Shown: positions 31,278 to 41,545 of the stretch, one piece after another
How the letters are laid out: each line of letters opens with the position of its first letter
Position numbering within the stretch: position 1 is the first letter of the stretch
Origin: Staphylococcus phage pSco-10
Sequence record: KX011028.1
Reading direction: 5' to 3' (one strand)
Length of the DNA: 64,000 bases
Notes under the pieces: generated by a model
Told to the model about the DNA's origin: nothing
What the model saw: the letters and a program-made list of their open reading frames with translations, nothing else
The model's database searches: none
Translations under genes and position numbers: made by a program

Positions 31278-33710
31278 TTATTTCTTATCATAAATGAATT
31301 GAGCATTTTTACCTATAGCTGAACTCATGTCTATAGTTCTAGTACCATACCCATTAGGGGTAGCCCAGTTATGTTCAGAGATAAATATTTTTTTACCTCC
31401 GTCTAAAACTTTCTCAACAAAAGCAACATGACCATATTGAGCACTACCTCCTTGAACTCCTCTCTGCCATATAACACAGGCACCTTGCTTAGGTGTTTTA
31501 CCTACACCATACCCTGCACTTTTAGCTCCACCAATCCAGTCGGCGGCATCCCCCCATAAAGGCACAGGAATGCCTAATTCACCTCTTCTGTTATAAGCAT
31601 ACCAAGTACACTGATACTTGTAGTGTCGGTTACCTGGTTGAACAAAATTTGAGTCATGTTTAGGGAGTTTACCATTATATTTTTTAAGTGAATCTAAAGA
31701 GCCACCATCTTGGGTTCCTCCACTATCAGAACCACTATCCTTATCTCCACTGCTTTTCTTCTCTTCTACACCTTTTTCTTTAAGTTCTTTAGAAGTATCC
31801 TCACCCATAAGACCTCCCATGAAGTCCGATGATTGGTTCCATAGTCCTGCAAATCTGTGAGGGCTACCTTTACCATCTTCCAGGATAGCATCTTTTAAAC
31901 CTCTAGTTACTCCTACAGTGGTATAGTAACCTTGTTTGTAATCAAACGTATGTTCTACAGATTCAATGTAGAACTCCCAAGTGTCTCCTCGTTGCTTATC
32001 CTCGATAAATAATCTTTTACCTAAATCATATTTAGGGTCACCTAGAACAATAATATCACCTGCGTAAAAGTTAGGGTTACCATGATACCAATTAAATAAC
32101 ATTCTAGAGAACATAGCTAAAGGACTATCACTTGCATCTGAGCCCGTATCAGTAGCTATATTACTCACACCTTCTATAGCTTTAAGGTATTTATCAAAAG
32201 CCTCATCATTAGGTGGTTCTCCTTTGTATTTAATATATTCATCTAGCAAAGTTGTAGCGTGTGTTTTATTACCAAAACGATATTTAGTTGTCAATTCTTT
32301 AAGTGCATCTTTTTTAGCCTTTTTCTTTTTCTTAGAATTATTAAAATCATCTTGTGTTTTAAACTTCTCTTTTAGTATACTCTTTAATTTATCTTTTGTC
32401 AACTTCGGTCTGTTATCTGATGTTAATTCATCGTCTACTTTGTTACCTGTTATCTCTTCGTATTCTTTCTCTGTTACTTTTCCTTCTTTGACAAACTTAT
32501 CTATAATTTTTTTAGCTTGAGCTTTTTTTAAGTTTTTGTATTTTGAAGATAATTTACTGGTATATTTATCTATACCTTTAGATACATTATCTCTTCCATA
32601 GTTACTTAAATCCTTCATAATTTTAGAATAAGTTCCTCTTTCAGTACCGTTATCATCACCTGAAGAATCTGAGTCTTCAGTAGCTGAACCTGATTTAGTA
32701 CTAAGATAAATATTTTCTACTTCAAATTTAGTATACCCATATCTATCAGTCAATTCAGGGTGAAATTGTGGTTTAGAAAATACATCACCGTTAAGTTCTT
32801 TTAACATACCTGCAGGTGTAGCTGTAAATATAGAATATGTCTCTATATCACTTTTACCTACATCTTCTTCAATAAAGTCTTCAGTAGGTACTTTAATCAT
32901 ATCTAAAGCTCTCCACTCAGTAGGATTAAAAGGTGTTTTTCTTAATACAAGTTGTGCTTTACCTGGTGTTTTTTCAGAGTTTTTGAAGAATAATTCATTA
33001 AAAGGTCTAGCTGTAACCATATCCATTAACTGTTTTAATGACCCATCAAAATTAGTAAACGCTGAAACTTCTGTAAGTTTCTCAAACTCATCCCAACTAC
33101 TTAAATCATCATAATCAAGATAATTATCTATTGTATTATATGTTTTTTCAGTGTAGTTATACTTCATATATGGTATGAATCTACGTATAATTCCTGTCAT
33201 TACTTCATGGGCTGAGCTACCAGTAAATTTTACTTCATTATCTCCATCACCATCAATAAGCCAACCGACTTCAGGTAATACAGCTTGAACCTCTTGAATA
33301 ACACCTAATCCAAATTTCATAAATGGTTTTACAAAAGATTGACCTGTTATTCTAAATTGAGTTTGGTCGTTACCATAACTACCTACTTTTGATACTTGAG
33401 AGACCATACCTACTTGGATGAGTCGTTCTTGTCTTCCTTCTTTATCATTAGGGTCATCATTAGGAGTAATAAATATTCTTATAATATCATTAGCCATAAC
33501 TAACTTATCCCAATAAGTATCTCCTGCCATATTGATTTTGAAAACTGAACTATCATCTTCCATAGAGTTTTTAGTTTGAAATCCTAAAAGTTTAGCTCCA
33601 AATTCATCACCAGTATAATCTCGTGTATCTTCAAATCTTAATGTAAATGTATTATCATCTGTAACAATTTCTATTCTTACCTTAGGTCTTCTTATTCTAC
33701 GCATATACAC
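31278..33710 (-). CDS. tail-associated muralytic enzyme with C-terminal CHAP domain
   Basis: C-terminal CTWYAYNRRG...GHVAFVEKV CHAP Cys/His. 810 aa. Confidence 0.8.
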   Translation of the reverse strand: MYMRRIRRPKVRIEIVTDDNTFTLRFEDTRDYTGDEFGAKLLGFQTKNSMEDDSSVFKINMAGDTYWDKLVMANDIIRIFITPNDDPNDKEGRQERLIQVGMVSQVSKVGSYGNDQTQFRITGQSFVKPFMKFGLGVIQEVQAVLPEVGWLIDGDGDNEVKFTGSSAHEVMTGIIRRFIPYMKYNYTEKTYNTIDNYLDYDDLSSWDEFEKLTEVSAFTNFDGSLKQLMDMVTARPFNELFFKNSEKTPGKAQLVLRKTPFNPTEWRALDMIKVPTEDFIEEDVGKSDIETYSIFTATPAGMLKELNGDVFSKPQFHPELTDRYGYTKFEVENIYLSTKSGSATEDSDSSGDDNGTERGTYSKIMKDLSNYGRDNVSKGIDKYTSKLSSKYKNLKKAQAKKIIDKFVKEGKVTEKEYEEITGNKVDDELTSDNRPKLTKDKLKSILKEKFKTQDDFNNSKKKKKAKKDALKELTTKYRFGNKTHATTLLDEYIKYKGEPPNDEAFDKYLKAIEGVSNIATDTGSDASDSPLAMFSRMLFNWYHGNPNFYAGDIIVLGDPKYDLGKRLFIEDKQRGDTWEFYIESVEHTFDYKQGYYTTVGVTRGLKDAILEDGKGSPHRFAGLWNQSSDFMGGLMGEDTSKELKEKGVEEKKSSGDKDSGSDSGGTQDGGSLDSLKKYNGKLPKHDSNFVQPGNRHYKYQCTWYAYNRRGELGIPVPLWGDAADWIGGAKSAGYGVGKTPKQGACVIWQRGVQGGSAQYGHVAFVEKVLDGGKKIFISEHNWATPNGYGTRTIDMSSAIGKNAQFIYDKK

Positions 33711-33743
33711 ATACTTCCTTTTATTTTTTATATGTATAAGAGT

Positions 33744-33772
33744 AGTATACTATGATACTACTCTTGTGTCAA
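33744..33772 (-). promoter_or_regulatory. sigma-A type promoter overlapping an 11-bp-stem hairpin, upstream of the tail lysin gene
   Basis: Minus strand TTGACA (plus 33767-33772), 17-nt spacer, TATACT (plus 33744-33749). The spacer is part of a hairpin aagaguaguau/auacuacucuu. Confidence 0.4.
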
Positions 33773-33782
33773 TACAAAATTA

Positions 33783-36700
33783 CTAATAACTTCTTTTATG
33801 TTCATTTGCAAAGATATCCATGTTACTATCTAGAACATCTCTAATTCTTCCTCCGATAATGTCTCCAGTTTCTTCAGGATTATTTCCACCTTGAACGTTA
33901 ACATTAACTGTTATTCTGTTAGTTGTAGAGGCATTAGAAGCATCGTTAGAGCCTGTGTAGTTAGAACCAGTAGTTAATATAGGGTTACTCATAGCTTCTT
34001 GATAAGTAGAGGATAGAGCTCCTCCTCCTCCACCGCCAGAACCGCCTCCGCCATATTTTTTCTTATAGGCTTTAGCTTTATTGATACGGGTACTCATCAT
34101 AGCCTCATTTGCTCCCATACGTTCAAACCCGTTAGCAAAGGCAGTTGCATTTTTCTCTAAACTAGCATTTTCACTCCATCCGGCATTTTTTAGCATATCT
34201 GAATCATAGCCGGATTCCATTTCTTTCCATAGGTAGTCTAGTTGAACATCTAAGTCATTAGATTTTTTACCTTGTTTCTTAGCAAAGTTATCTAATCCTG
34301 TTTTTCTATCTCCTAACCACTGAGCAATACCAAATGCTCCACTAGAAGAATTTTTTGCGTTAGGGTCAAGTTTAGATTCTTGGTATAAGTTACCCATAAC
34401 AGCTCCAACCTGATTGTCAGATAGTCCTTTTCCTTTAAGGAACTTATAAATCTTCTCTGCGCCTTCACCGCCTACATCAGATGCGGAGCCTCCTGAATTT
34501 CCACCGTCTTCAGTTCCTCCATCTATATTAATACCCTTAGCACTCTCAATAATTTTCTGAGCTCTATCAAGTAAATCACTATAGATTTTAAGGTTCTTAG
34601 TTTCAGATTGGTTATTCTTTTCTCTAAGCTGTTCTGCTGTCATTTTTTCTTTCTTCTTAGTATCCCCTTTAACACCTTTAACGCCTTTCTTCTTATCTTT
34701 ACTATCTTCTTCAGATGCTTCAGCGTCACTATCAAAGAGACCTGTTATACCGTTCCATGCTTTAGATAAAGGTTTTCCTATTAGAGAATCTTGGAATTTA
34801 TTCTTACCGTCCTTATCTCCGTTAGACCATCCTAGGTTCCATCCTTCTTTAGTGCCAGCTTTTTTAGCCATGTCTCCGACTTTTTCACCGACAGCTCCAC
34901 CACCGAAGGAACCTATAGCTCCACCTATTAAAGCTCCAGGTATTGCACCTACACCACCAAATAAAGCTCCTATAGAAGCTCCTGCTGATGCACCTGCCAT
35001 TCCGCCACCCATAGAGCCTAATCCTCCACCGATAGCTTTACTATCTCCGGAAGCTAAGGCAGGTATTAGTGATAATGCAGATGTAGCAACACCTAAAACT
35101 CCGGCTCCTTTTCCAAGTCCACCTGCAAGTTTTCCTAGTTTTCCTAGTCCGCTACCGCCTGCTTTTGGTGATTGTGAAAGGATACCATTTTTACCTCCAT
35201 CACCAAACTTATCAGCAAATTTACCATAGGCACCTTTACCTTTGTTTAATAAGCTACCGGTACCATCTTTTATTTTTCCACCTAGACCTTTGAAATTCTT
35301 AGGATTAAGAATACTTCCACCGAATTCCGATTTACCAGTGTCAAATAAACCTTTACCGGTTTTTTTACCTAGGTCTTTGGTTCTTCCTAAGTATTCTCCC
35401 ATAGTAAAATCTCTGTTTTTAGGGTTTAAATGGTCAAATAATCCCTTACCAGTTTTCTTAGTACTATCCCAAACACCTTTAAATTGTTCTTTTCCTGAAC
35501 GAGAACCACCTTTTTTATTTTTACCGCCTAAAAGTTTATCTCCTAGTAACATACCGCCTGAAAGGGCTTCTCCTCCAAAGCTCTTAGCTTTTTCAAACAT
35601 GCTACCTACTCTAGAACCACCGGAAGTTCCCCCACCATTAGGTGTTTTAGGATTATTATTAGCGTATTTTTGTCTACCAGGGCTTGTTCCTGGAGGTGGG
35701 GTTCCTCCTCCTTTATTATTCTTACCTCTTCTTCCTAAAGCTTTAGCCCCTTTACCAATTAAATGACCTGCACCAAATTGAGATGCTGAAGCAAGTAATG
35801 AAGCTGTGAATGCTCCTATAGCTCCTATAGCTAAATATACAGGAGCAGGCAGTCCTGCTAAGGCACTATGAGCATCTCTTAATGGTTGAGCTAAATCATA
35901 AGTATCTTCTGCTTTATCATCCGTCTTAGCTTTATTTTGGTCATTTTTACCTGACTTAGACTCCTTGTAATCAGTGGCGTTATCTTCTCCTTCTTTTTTA
36001 CCTTCTTTTTCCATTTTCTTAGCTTTTTTAGCTAACTCTTCTTTAGATAATTTTCCGGATTGAGCATCTTTAAATATCTCATCAGATTGCTCCATAGTAA
36101 GGTTGGCACCTATTTCTTTCATACTTCTATTAAATAGGTATTTTTGTTCTTTTTCACTTCCACCCATTTGAGTAGCCATATCAGCCATATCTGTCAAGTT
36201 TTCAGGATTAGATATCCCTTCATCCATACGTTTTTGTAAATCGTATCCACCTTCAAGACCTTGGTACTGTGTTCCCCATCCCATTGCTATACGAGCATAA
36301 GAACTATTCATACCATTTTTAAGTCCTTGGTCTATACTATTAATAGCATTGGCACCTTGTTCACCTTGTAATCCTTTACTTCCTGACTCTGCAAAAGTAG
36401 ATTGCATAGCAGTAAGATTACTCATTTGGTCTTTAGTTAAAGTTCTTCCTTCTCCTGATTGTTCAGCTATAGAACCTAATGCTTTAAGTTGCTCATCTTG
36501 ACGACCAACCATACCTGATTGTTTAATACCGCCTAGGAATGCATCTTGCATTTCCTTCATGTTATCGGAATTTACTCCACCAGTGTGCATTATTTGTCCC
36601 ATAGACTCCTGATAAGCTTCTTGGTCTTGTATTCCTAATGAACGTCCTCCAATAGCAAGTTGTTTAGTTCCTGCCATTGTATCCTCATCACTTTTATGTC

Positions 36701-37913
36701 CTACTGATGATTCATATGAAGTAGCCATTTTCAACATGTCAGTACTATTATAACCTAACTTATTATCAATTGACAAGTCTCCATAAGCATTTCTTACAGA
36801 ATCTATATCCATATTGTCTGAATTTTGACCTAATGATGTAACCATTGGTCTATTAGTTTCACTTAATGAAGCACCCTTCATGTATAAACCTGTAGCCATG
36901 GCAGTAGTACCCATCATAGCATGAGAACCAATGGATGGTAAACGTTCTTGAACCATTCTACCGAAAGTTCCACGTTGTTGGTCTACATCTCTAGTTTGAA
37001 AATCTTTCTGAACTGAACCCTTATAATACTGAACAGTTTTATCAAGCTCTGCTCCTAATTTCTCATAGTTAGATATAAGTTCTTCTCTAGCTTTCATTTC
37101 CATTTTAATAGAAGCTAGCTCTTTTTCATACTGAGCTTTATTAATTTGACCACTAGCTCTACGGTTAGTCAGGTCTTGTTGTTGTTTACCGTAATTACTA
37201 TATTGTTCTCTTGCTTGACTTAAATTACGTTGGTTTTGTTTTCTTTGACTTTCATAAGAATCTACCTTACCTAGCTCACTTCTAACTCGTGCCCCTTGGT
37301 CATATGTTAAACGTCCTGTTCCTTCTGAACGTTCCATATAACCTCTAGTCATATTACGGTTAGCTCTTAAACGTTTAGTATAATCTTTAGTAGCACTAGA
37401 GTCTTTACTAATTTTATTATATTCTTCTGTTACTTTATTTAAGGTTTTCTGTTCTTTAATTCTATTTTGAATACTTGCATCTGAGCCTATTTTTTGGTTA
37501 GACATTTTACTAAGATTTTCACTAGTCTCATTAACAACTTTATTCATCTTAGCGTATGCTTTTTCAACTTCAGGGTCAGGTGCTATACCTTTAGATATAT
37601 TTTCTTTTTGAAGGTCGTCTAAAGCTTTCTGCAACTCATTTATTTGTTTCGTAGCAGATTGAGTAGATTTAATGGTCTCGTCCATATCTTTAGCAGATAC
37701 TACAGATTTACCTTCCTGTTTATCCATTGCATTCTGTACATTCTTAACTTCTTTAGCAATTACTTTTAATTTCTTCAAGAAATTATCTAAAGGGGCATCA
37801 ATATTTTTAGATTCCAAGGAATCCATATAAAGTTCTATTGCCTTCAGACTATTTTCTAAATCCGAACTATCACCGGATAAGACCAATCTATAATCGTCAT
37901 TCATTGCCATCAT
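33783..37913 (-). CDS. tape measure protein with a Gly-rich repeat region and a C-terminal SLT-like lytic transglycosylase motif
   Basis: 1376 aa with N-terminal coiled coils, long GGxGxG repeats, and YQESKLDPNAK...GAFGIAQW. Confidence 0.85.
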   Translation of the reverse strand: MMAMNDDYRLVLSGDSSDLENSLKAIELYMDSLESKNIDAPLDNFLKKLKVIAKEVKNVQNAMDKQEGKSVVSAKDMDETIKSTQSATKQINELQKALDDLQKENISKGIAPDPEVEKAYAKMNKVVNETSENLSKMSNQKIGSDASIQNRIKEQKTLNKVTEEYNKISKDSSATKDYTKRLRANRNMTRGYMERSEGTGRLTYDQGARVRSELGKVDSYESQRKQNQRNLSQAREQYSNYGKQQQDLTNRRASGQINKAQYEKELASIKMEMKAREELISNYEKLGAELDKTVQYYKGSVQKDFQTRDVDQQRGTFGRMVQERLPSIGSHAMMGTTAMATGLYMKGASLSETNRPMVTSLGQNSDNMDIDSVRNAYGDLSIDNKLGYNSTDMLKMATSYESSVGHKSDEDTMAGTKQLAIGGRSLGIQDQEAYQESMGQIMHTGGVNSDNMKEMQDAFLGGIKQSGMVGRQDEQLKALGSIAEQSGEGRTLTKDQMSNLTAMQSTFAESGSKGLQGEQGANAINSIDQGLKNGMNSSYARIAMGWGTQYQGLEGGYDLQKRMDEGISNPENLTDMADMATQMGGSEKEQKYLFNRSMKEIGANLTMEQSDEIFKDAQSGKLSKEELAKKAKKMEKEGKKEGEDNATDYKESKSGKNDQNKAKTDDKAEDTYDLAQPLRDAHSALAGLPAPVYLAIGAIGAFTASLLASASQFGAGHLIGKGAKALGRRGKNNKGGGTPPPGTSPGRQKYANNNPKTPNGGGTSGGSRVGSMFEKAKSFGGEALSGGMLLGDKLLGGKNKKGGSRSGKEQFKGVWDSTKKTGKGLFDHLNPKNRDFTMGEYLGRTKDLGKKTGKGLFDTGKSEFGGSILNPKNFKGLGGKIKDGTGSLLNKGKGAYGKFADKFGDGGKNGILSQSPKAGGSGLGKLGKLAGGLGKGAGVLGVATSALSLIPALASGDSKAIGGGLGSMGGGMAGASAGASIGALFGGVGAIPGALIGGAIGSFGGGAVGEKVGDMAKKAGTKEGWNLGWSNGDKDGKNKFQDSLIGKPLSKAWNGITGLFDSDAEASEEDSKDKKKGVKGVKGDTKKKEKMTAEQLREKNNQSETKNLKIYSDLLDRAQKIIESAKGINIDGGTEDGGNSGGSASDVGGEGAEKIYKFLKGKGLSDNQVGAVMGNLYQESKLDPNAKNSSSGAFGIAQWLGDRKTGLDNFAKKQGKKSNDLDVQLDYLWKEMESGYDSDMLKNAGWSENASLEKNATAFANGFERMGANEAMMSTRINKAKAYKKKYGGGGSGGGGGGALSSTYQEAMSNPILTTGSNYTGSNDASNASTTNRITVNVNVQGGNNPEETGDIIGGRIRDVLDSNMDIFANEHKRSY

Positions 37914-37965
37914 TATTCACCATCCATTTTAAAAAAATAAGGATGGTAGTATCACCTACCACCCT

Positions 37966-38502
37966 TTACATATACCAGTCATCATCCAGGTCTTCTAGTG
38001 CTTTATTAACGCTCTCTTGTGATATAGTAGCATCCTCTTCACTAGTTTTACCATTTCCTACTTCTTCATCTAGTTCTTCTTGTTTTCTTCGAATGTATTC
38101 CATCATAGCAAGATGTTGTGTAGTGAGTCCTTCTGTCTCATCATTCAACTCTGCATCATTTCTCTTAGCTCTCTCTTCCTTATCTCTATCAGATAATTTA
38201 GCTTCCATCTGTTTAGCTAGGTCATCAGCATCTAAGAAATCAGGTACTGGGTCAAAGTCTTCATGAGATTCATTCCACCAACTACTATCATCATCTTCGA
38301 ATTGGCTATCGTACTTGCCACCTTTTTGAGCTTGTTTAAGTTGTTTATTATGTTCGTAAACATCTCTGTTCATATTACCAATAATAAACTCTATTTGATA
38401 GTCATCTAAGTCCTTAAATCTTTGCTCAGTAGGTAAAACATTAAACTCTTTCATAATAGCCCATAGATTTCTAGATAAAGGCTGTTTAACAATTGATTCC
38501 AT
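37966..38502 (-). CDS. acidic protein upstream of the tape measure gene (possible tail assembly chaperone)
   Basis: Sits at the gpG/GT-like position. No frameshift signal found. Confidence 0.5.
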   Translation of the reverse strand: MESIVKQPLSRNLWAIMKEFNVLPTEQRFKDLDDYQIEFIIGNMNRDVYEHNKQLKQAQKGGKYDSQFEDDDSSWWNESHEDFDPVPDFLDADDLAKQMEAKLSDRDKEERAKRNDAELNDETEGLTTQHLAMMEYIRRKQEELDEEVGNGKTSEEDATISQESVNKALEDLDDDWYM

Positions 38503-38545
38503 TCCACCTAATCGTTCTATATCTTTATCTAGTGTTTCTATATTA

Positions 38546-39001
38546 TTAATAACGAAAGGAGTTTAGGAACCCTAACCAATCTTCATACATAACAGTTAAA
38601 GGATATAAGTTATAGATATCATCAGGGTCTTGGAATTCCTTAGGAACTTCAATACCTACTTCTTGTAATGTAGCTAACATTTGATAAGCTCTAATTACTT
38701 GGTCTGTTTGATACATATCCATACCACCTAAGTAAGCAGAACGTAACGCAAAGATATTACCTTGTTCACGTGCATTAGGTAATTTAATTTTAACTTTAAA
38801 TCGTAAGTCTAGTTCTTCAAAGTTATACTCTTTTTCCCAAGTATCATTAACACCTTTAATAACTTTGTTAATAACCTGCTCTTTTTCTTTCTTGTCTTGG
38901 TATTTTAATTTATCTATTTCTTCCGGTGTCATTTTACTGACATCCTTTTTCTCTTCTTTTGTTTCTTGTACTTCTTGTTCCTTTTTAATTTCTTCTGCCA
39001 T
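38546..39001 (-). CDS. hypothetical protein (possible tail assembly chaperone)
   Basis: 151-aa ORF upstream of 37966..38502. Confidence 0.5.
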   Translation of the reverse strand: MAEEIKKEQEVQETKEEKKDVSKMTPEEIDKLKYQDKKEKEQVINKVIKGVNDTWEKEYNFEELDLRFKVKIKLPNAREQGNIFALRSAYLGGMDMYQTDQVIRAYQMLATLQEVGIEVPKEFQDPDDIYNLYPLTVMYEDWLGFLNSFRY

Positions 39002-39133
39002 AATATGATATACCTTCCTTTTTTTAAATATTAATAAAGCCTACGCTTATCCGATTCAATATTAATATAACACGGACTAGTGTAGGCTTACTACTTTAAA
39101 TATAGTATATCATATTTTGTTTTTAAATCAAAA

Positions 39134-39445
39134 TTACTTTAAGTATTTCTCTGTACTTGTTAAAATTTCCTCTAAACTTTGTTTAATTTTATCACTATTT
39201 CTAAGTAGGTAAATGTAGTATTCTTGTAATGAATCATAATACTCATAATTGATTGTTAAAATCTCTTGACCTTCTAAATACTTTTTAGTAATTTTACCTG
39301 CTTGCTCTGTTAATTTTTTGTATTTATCTAAAATCTGATTGATTGCAATTGCTGTTGATTTACTTGTTACATCTACCTCTTTCGGGAATTTGTGTAATTC
39401 TACTTTCATCTCTTCATAAACTGCTCTTAATTTATCTTGTGCCAT
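39134..39445 (-). CDS. hypothetical protein
   Basis: 103-aa ORF. Confidence 0.55.
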   Translation of the reverse strand: MAQDKLRAVYEEMKVELHKFPKEVDVTSKSTAIAINQILDKYKKLTEQAGKITKKYLEGQEILTINYEYYDSLQEYYIYLLRNSDKIKQSLEEILTSTEKYLK

Positions 39446-39515
39446 TTTATATCTTCTCCTTTAATTTGTTATATCTTTATTATAATTTATTATTTTTAAT
39501 TTGTCAATACTTTTT

Positions 39516-39710
39516 TTACATATATTTTAATGAGTAATAAACACCATTAATAATTAAACATGCTAAAAATTGAATTGATGTTATTACAACTAATGCTTTA
39601 CTCATAGCTAGTGATTCATTTGTAACTGTACCTCTACCATTTAATATACTTAATACAATAAATATAATACTTGATAGAATAAAGTAACCATTTACTATTG
39701 TTAATCCCAT
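39516..39710 (-). CDS. small membrane protein (2 TM)
   Basis: 64 aa, hydrophobic throughout. Confidence 0.5.
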   Translation of the reverse strand: MGLTIVNGYFILSSIIFIVLSILNGRGTVTNESLAMSKALVVITSIQFLACLIINGVYYSLKYM

Positions 39711-39722
39711 TATAATTCCTCC

Positions 39723-40184
39723 TTATTTAATTGTCAAGCCTTTATTATAATAATCTAAATCTAATGTTTTGTGTGTATCTGTAATGCCATTATAGTATGT
39801 AGTTATTATTTTACCATCTTCTAGGTTAATAACTAAGTACTGATAACTACTTACTCCTTCTACTGTTACAATAGTAGGGCTTTTAAAAATTACTCTTCTT
39901 TGTTTTTTACCATGAAAATCTGTAATATTAAATTCAATAATATTAAAAGATGCATTATTACTCTTGAATATAAATCCTAATAACTTACTAAAATCTATTT
40001 CATTTTTAATTTTAGTTTTACAATGGTTTGATAGTTCTAAATACTTATGTGTATTAATTGTATCTTGTAATAGTTTAACACATTGTTTCTTTTCCTGTAA
40101 AGTCATTTGAGTATAATGTTTCTTTACTTGCCTATGTTTACCTGTTGTTCTTCTTTTTGACCAAAATGTAGTCATATAATTCAT
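39723..40184 (-). CDS. hypothetical protein
   Basis: 153-aa ORF with an AAGGAGATGA RBS. Confidence 0.6.
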   Translation of the reverse strand: MNYMTTFWSKRRTTGKHRQVKKHYTQMTLQEKKQCVKLLQDTINTHKYLELSNHCKTKIKNEIDFSKLLGFIFKSNNASFNIIEFNITDFHGKKQRRVIFKSPTIVTVEGVSSYQYLVINLEDGKIITTYYNGITDTHKTLDLDYYNKGLTIK

Positions 40185-40217
40185 CTCCTTATTTGTTATA
40201 CTCTTAGTATATCAGCT

Positions 40218-40355
40218 TTAATATTCCTTGTCAACACCTTTATGTTTATTTTTTCTAGAATATTTTGTTTTATCTTTCTTAACTTTGGTTACAGGGTTAA
40301 TATTCCATGTTGCCCTTGTATTACTCATTTTACCTATTGTTTTTCTATTTGTCAA
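40218..40355 (-). CDS. small very basic ORF (45 aa with TTG start, or 36 aa from ATG at 40326-40328), not in the track
   Basis: AAGGAGGG RBS 7 nt upstream of TTG. Sequence MTNRKTIGKMSNTRATWNINPVTKVKKDKTKYSRKNKHKGVDKEY. Confidence 0.35.
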   Translation of the reverse strand: MTNRKTIGKMSNTRATWNINPVTKVKKDKTKYSRKNKHKGVDKEY

Positions 40356-40408
40356 GTTAATCCCTCCTTATTTATTATGATAGCATAACCCTTGATACTG
40401 GTCAAGGG

Positions 40409-41422
40409 TTATAGATAAATAAATTTATACTTTTTACAATGCTTACTTTTACCTTTTAAAACTTTACTTATATTTGGTGCTGATGCATTAATTAATCTAG
40501 CTACTTCATTAACAGTACCTTCAACTGTTTCACCTGTAACCATATGTGTTCCTTTAATCATTTTCTTTTGGCTTCTTTTACGTGCTTCTTCAGGTGTATA
40601 TTTGTATTCTTCATCTACTAGTCTAAACATTTTGTTATTCAAAGTAAGTCTATCAATATTACCATATAAGTAAGAAGATACCCCTTTTATTCCGGTCTCA
40701 ATTTCACACTCTTTAATAGAGTTAAATATAGTTTCTTCATTTTTATCTAAATCATACATAGCTATTGATGTTGTTTTTCTTGGTCTGTTTTTGATACTCT
40801 CTTCTTTTTTGATTCTTCTTGTCTCTACATAAGTCTTTCTTTCTAATTCCTGCTCTTCATTTACTAAACTAAACTTGTATCCTGATGTGGAGTTTAGTTC
40901 CCCGATTAAACATTTGTAAAAATTACTATCTGTAAGTTTATACTTATTGATAATATCATTATAACTACCTGTATATAAATAACGACCATTCTTTGTGTAG
41001 ACATTAATATCACCATCAAATTTTAAAGAAGTAGTGTACACTTCTACTGTATCAGGTTTCTTAATCTCTGTAAAATAGTTTCTTAAAATTTGATATACTT
41101 GCTCTAAGGTTTTATTTTTATAACTTATATCTATATAAATTATATTATTGTTATCACAATATTCTTTTTTAATTCTATCAAGTAATTTTATTCTATCAAA
41201 ATCTAAATTGAATACTTGTCTATAATGTTGTTCACCCATATATTCAATACAATAAAATTTTCCTTGGTATTCTACTAAAAAATCCATTCTTTGTTTTGTA
41301 CCTATGTTGTTCCTAAAAGAATATTCTCGTTTATACTTCATATTATTAAAACCTAAAATTGAATCTACTAATCGTTCCCCATGAGAACCTAGTACTTTAT
41401 CTGAATATATCATTGATATCAC
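40409..41422 (-). CDS. free-standing homing endonuclease-like protein with an N-terminal Vsr/DUF559-like nuclease domain
   Basis: RMDFLVEYQGKFYCIEYMGEQHY is shared with ORFs 51768..52292 and 58823..59770. Confidence 0.7.
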   Translation of the reverse strand: MISMIYSDKVLGSHGERLVDSILGFNNMKYKREYSFRNNIGTKQRMDFLVEYQGKFYCIEYMGEQHYRQVFNLDFDRIKLLDRIKKEYCDNNNIIYIDISYKNKTLEQVYQILRNYFTEIKKPDTVEVYTTSLKFDGDINVYTKNGRYLYTGSYNDIINKYKLTDSNFYKCLIGELNSTSGYKFSLVNEEQELERKTYVETRRIKKEESIKNRPRKTTSIAMYDLDKNEETIFNSIKECEIETGIKGVSSYLYGNIDRLTLNNKMFRLVDEEYKYTPEEARKRSQKKMIKGTHMVTGETVEGTVNEVARLINASAPNISKVLKGKSKHCKKYKFIYL

Positions 41423-41474
41423 CTTCCTATTATTAATATATCATAAGTGTACCATAACTTTTACACTTTGTCAA

Positions 41475-41506
41475 TAAAAAAAAGACCTAACTTTTATTGT
41501 TAGGTC
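41475..41506 (-). terminator. rho-independent terminator after the tail tube gene's last exon
   Basis: Hairpin gaccuaac/guuagguc followed by an 8-9 nt U run on the minus strand. Confidence 0.7.
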
Positions 41507-41518
41507 TTAATAGGAAAT

Positions 41519-41545
41519 TTAAGTTCTAGCCTTATCTGATGCTGT
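41519..41545 (-). CDS. tail tube protein exon 3 (TASDKART plus stop)
   Basis: In-frame continuation after predicted intron 2, ending in TAA. Gives a 142-aa product overall. Confidence 0.6.
   Translation of the reverse strand, partial: TASDKART

Noticed and set aside
34852-35766. Plus-strand ORFs of 125 and 174 aa (Pro/Ala-rich) inside the tape measure gene.
   Set aside because: They are antisense to the Gly-codon (GGN) repeat tract of the tape measure gene. They are a composition artefact with no RBS.
37966-39001. A possible programmed -1 frameshift joining the two ORFs upstream of the tape measure gene, as in the gpG/gpGT chaperone pair.
   Set aside because: The ORFs are separated by two stop codons and a 43-nt spacer with its own RBS. 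No slippery heptamer was seen.
39002-39133. A long imperfect hairpin (aagccuac ... guaggcuu with a loop of about 40 nt), considered as a terminator.
   Set aside because: The loop is too large and no U run follows on the minus strand. It may be incidental.
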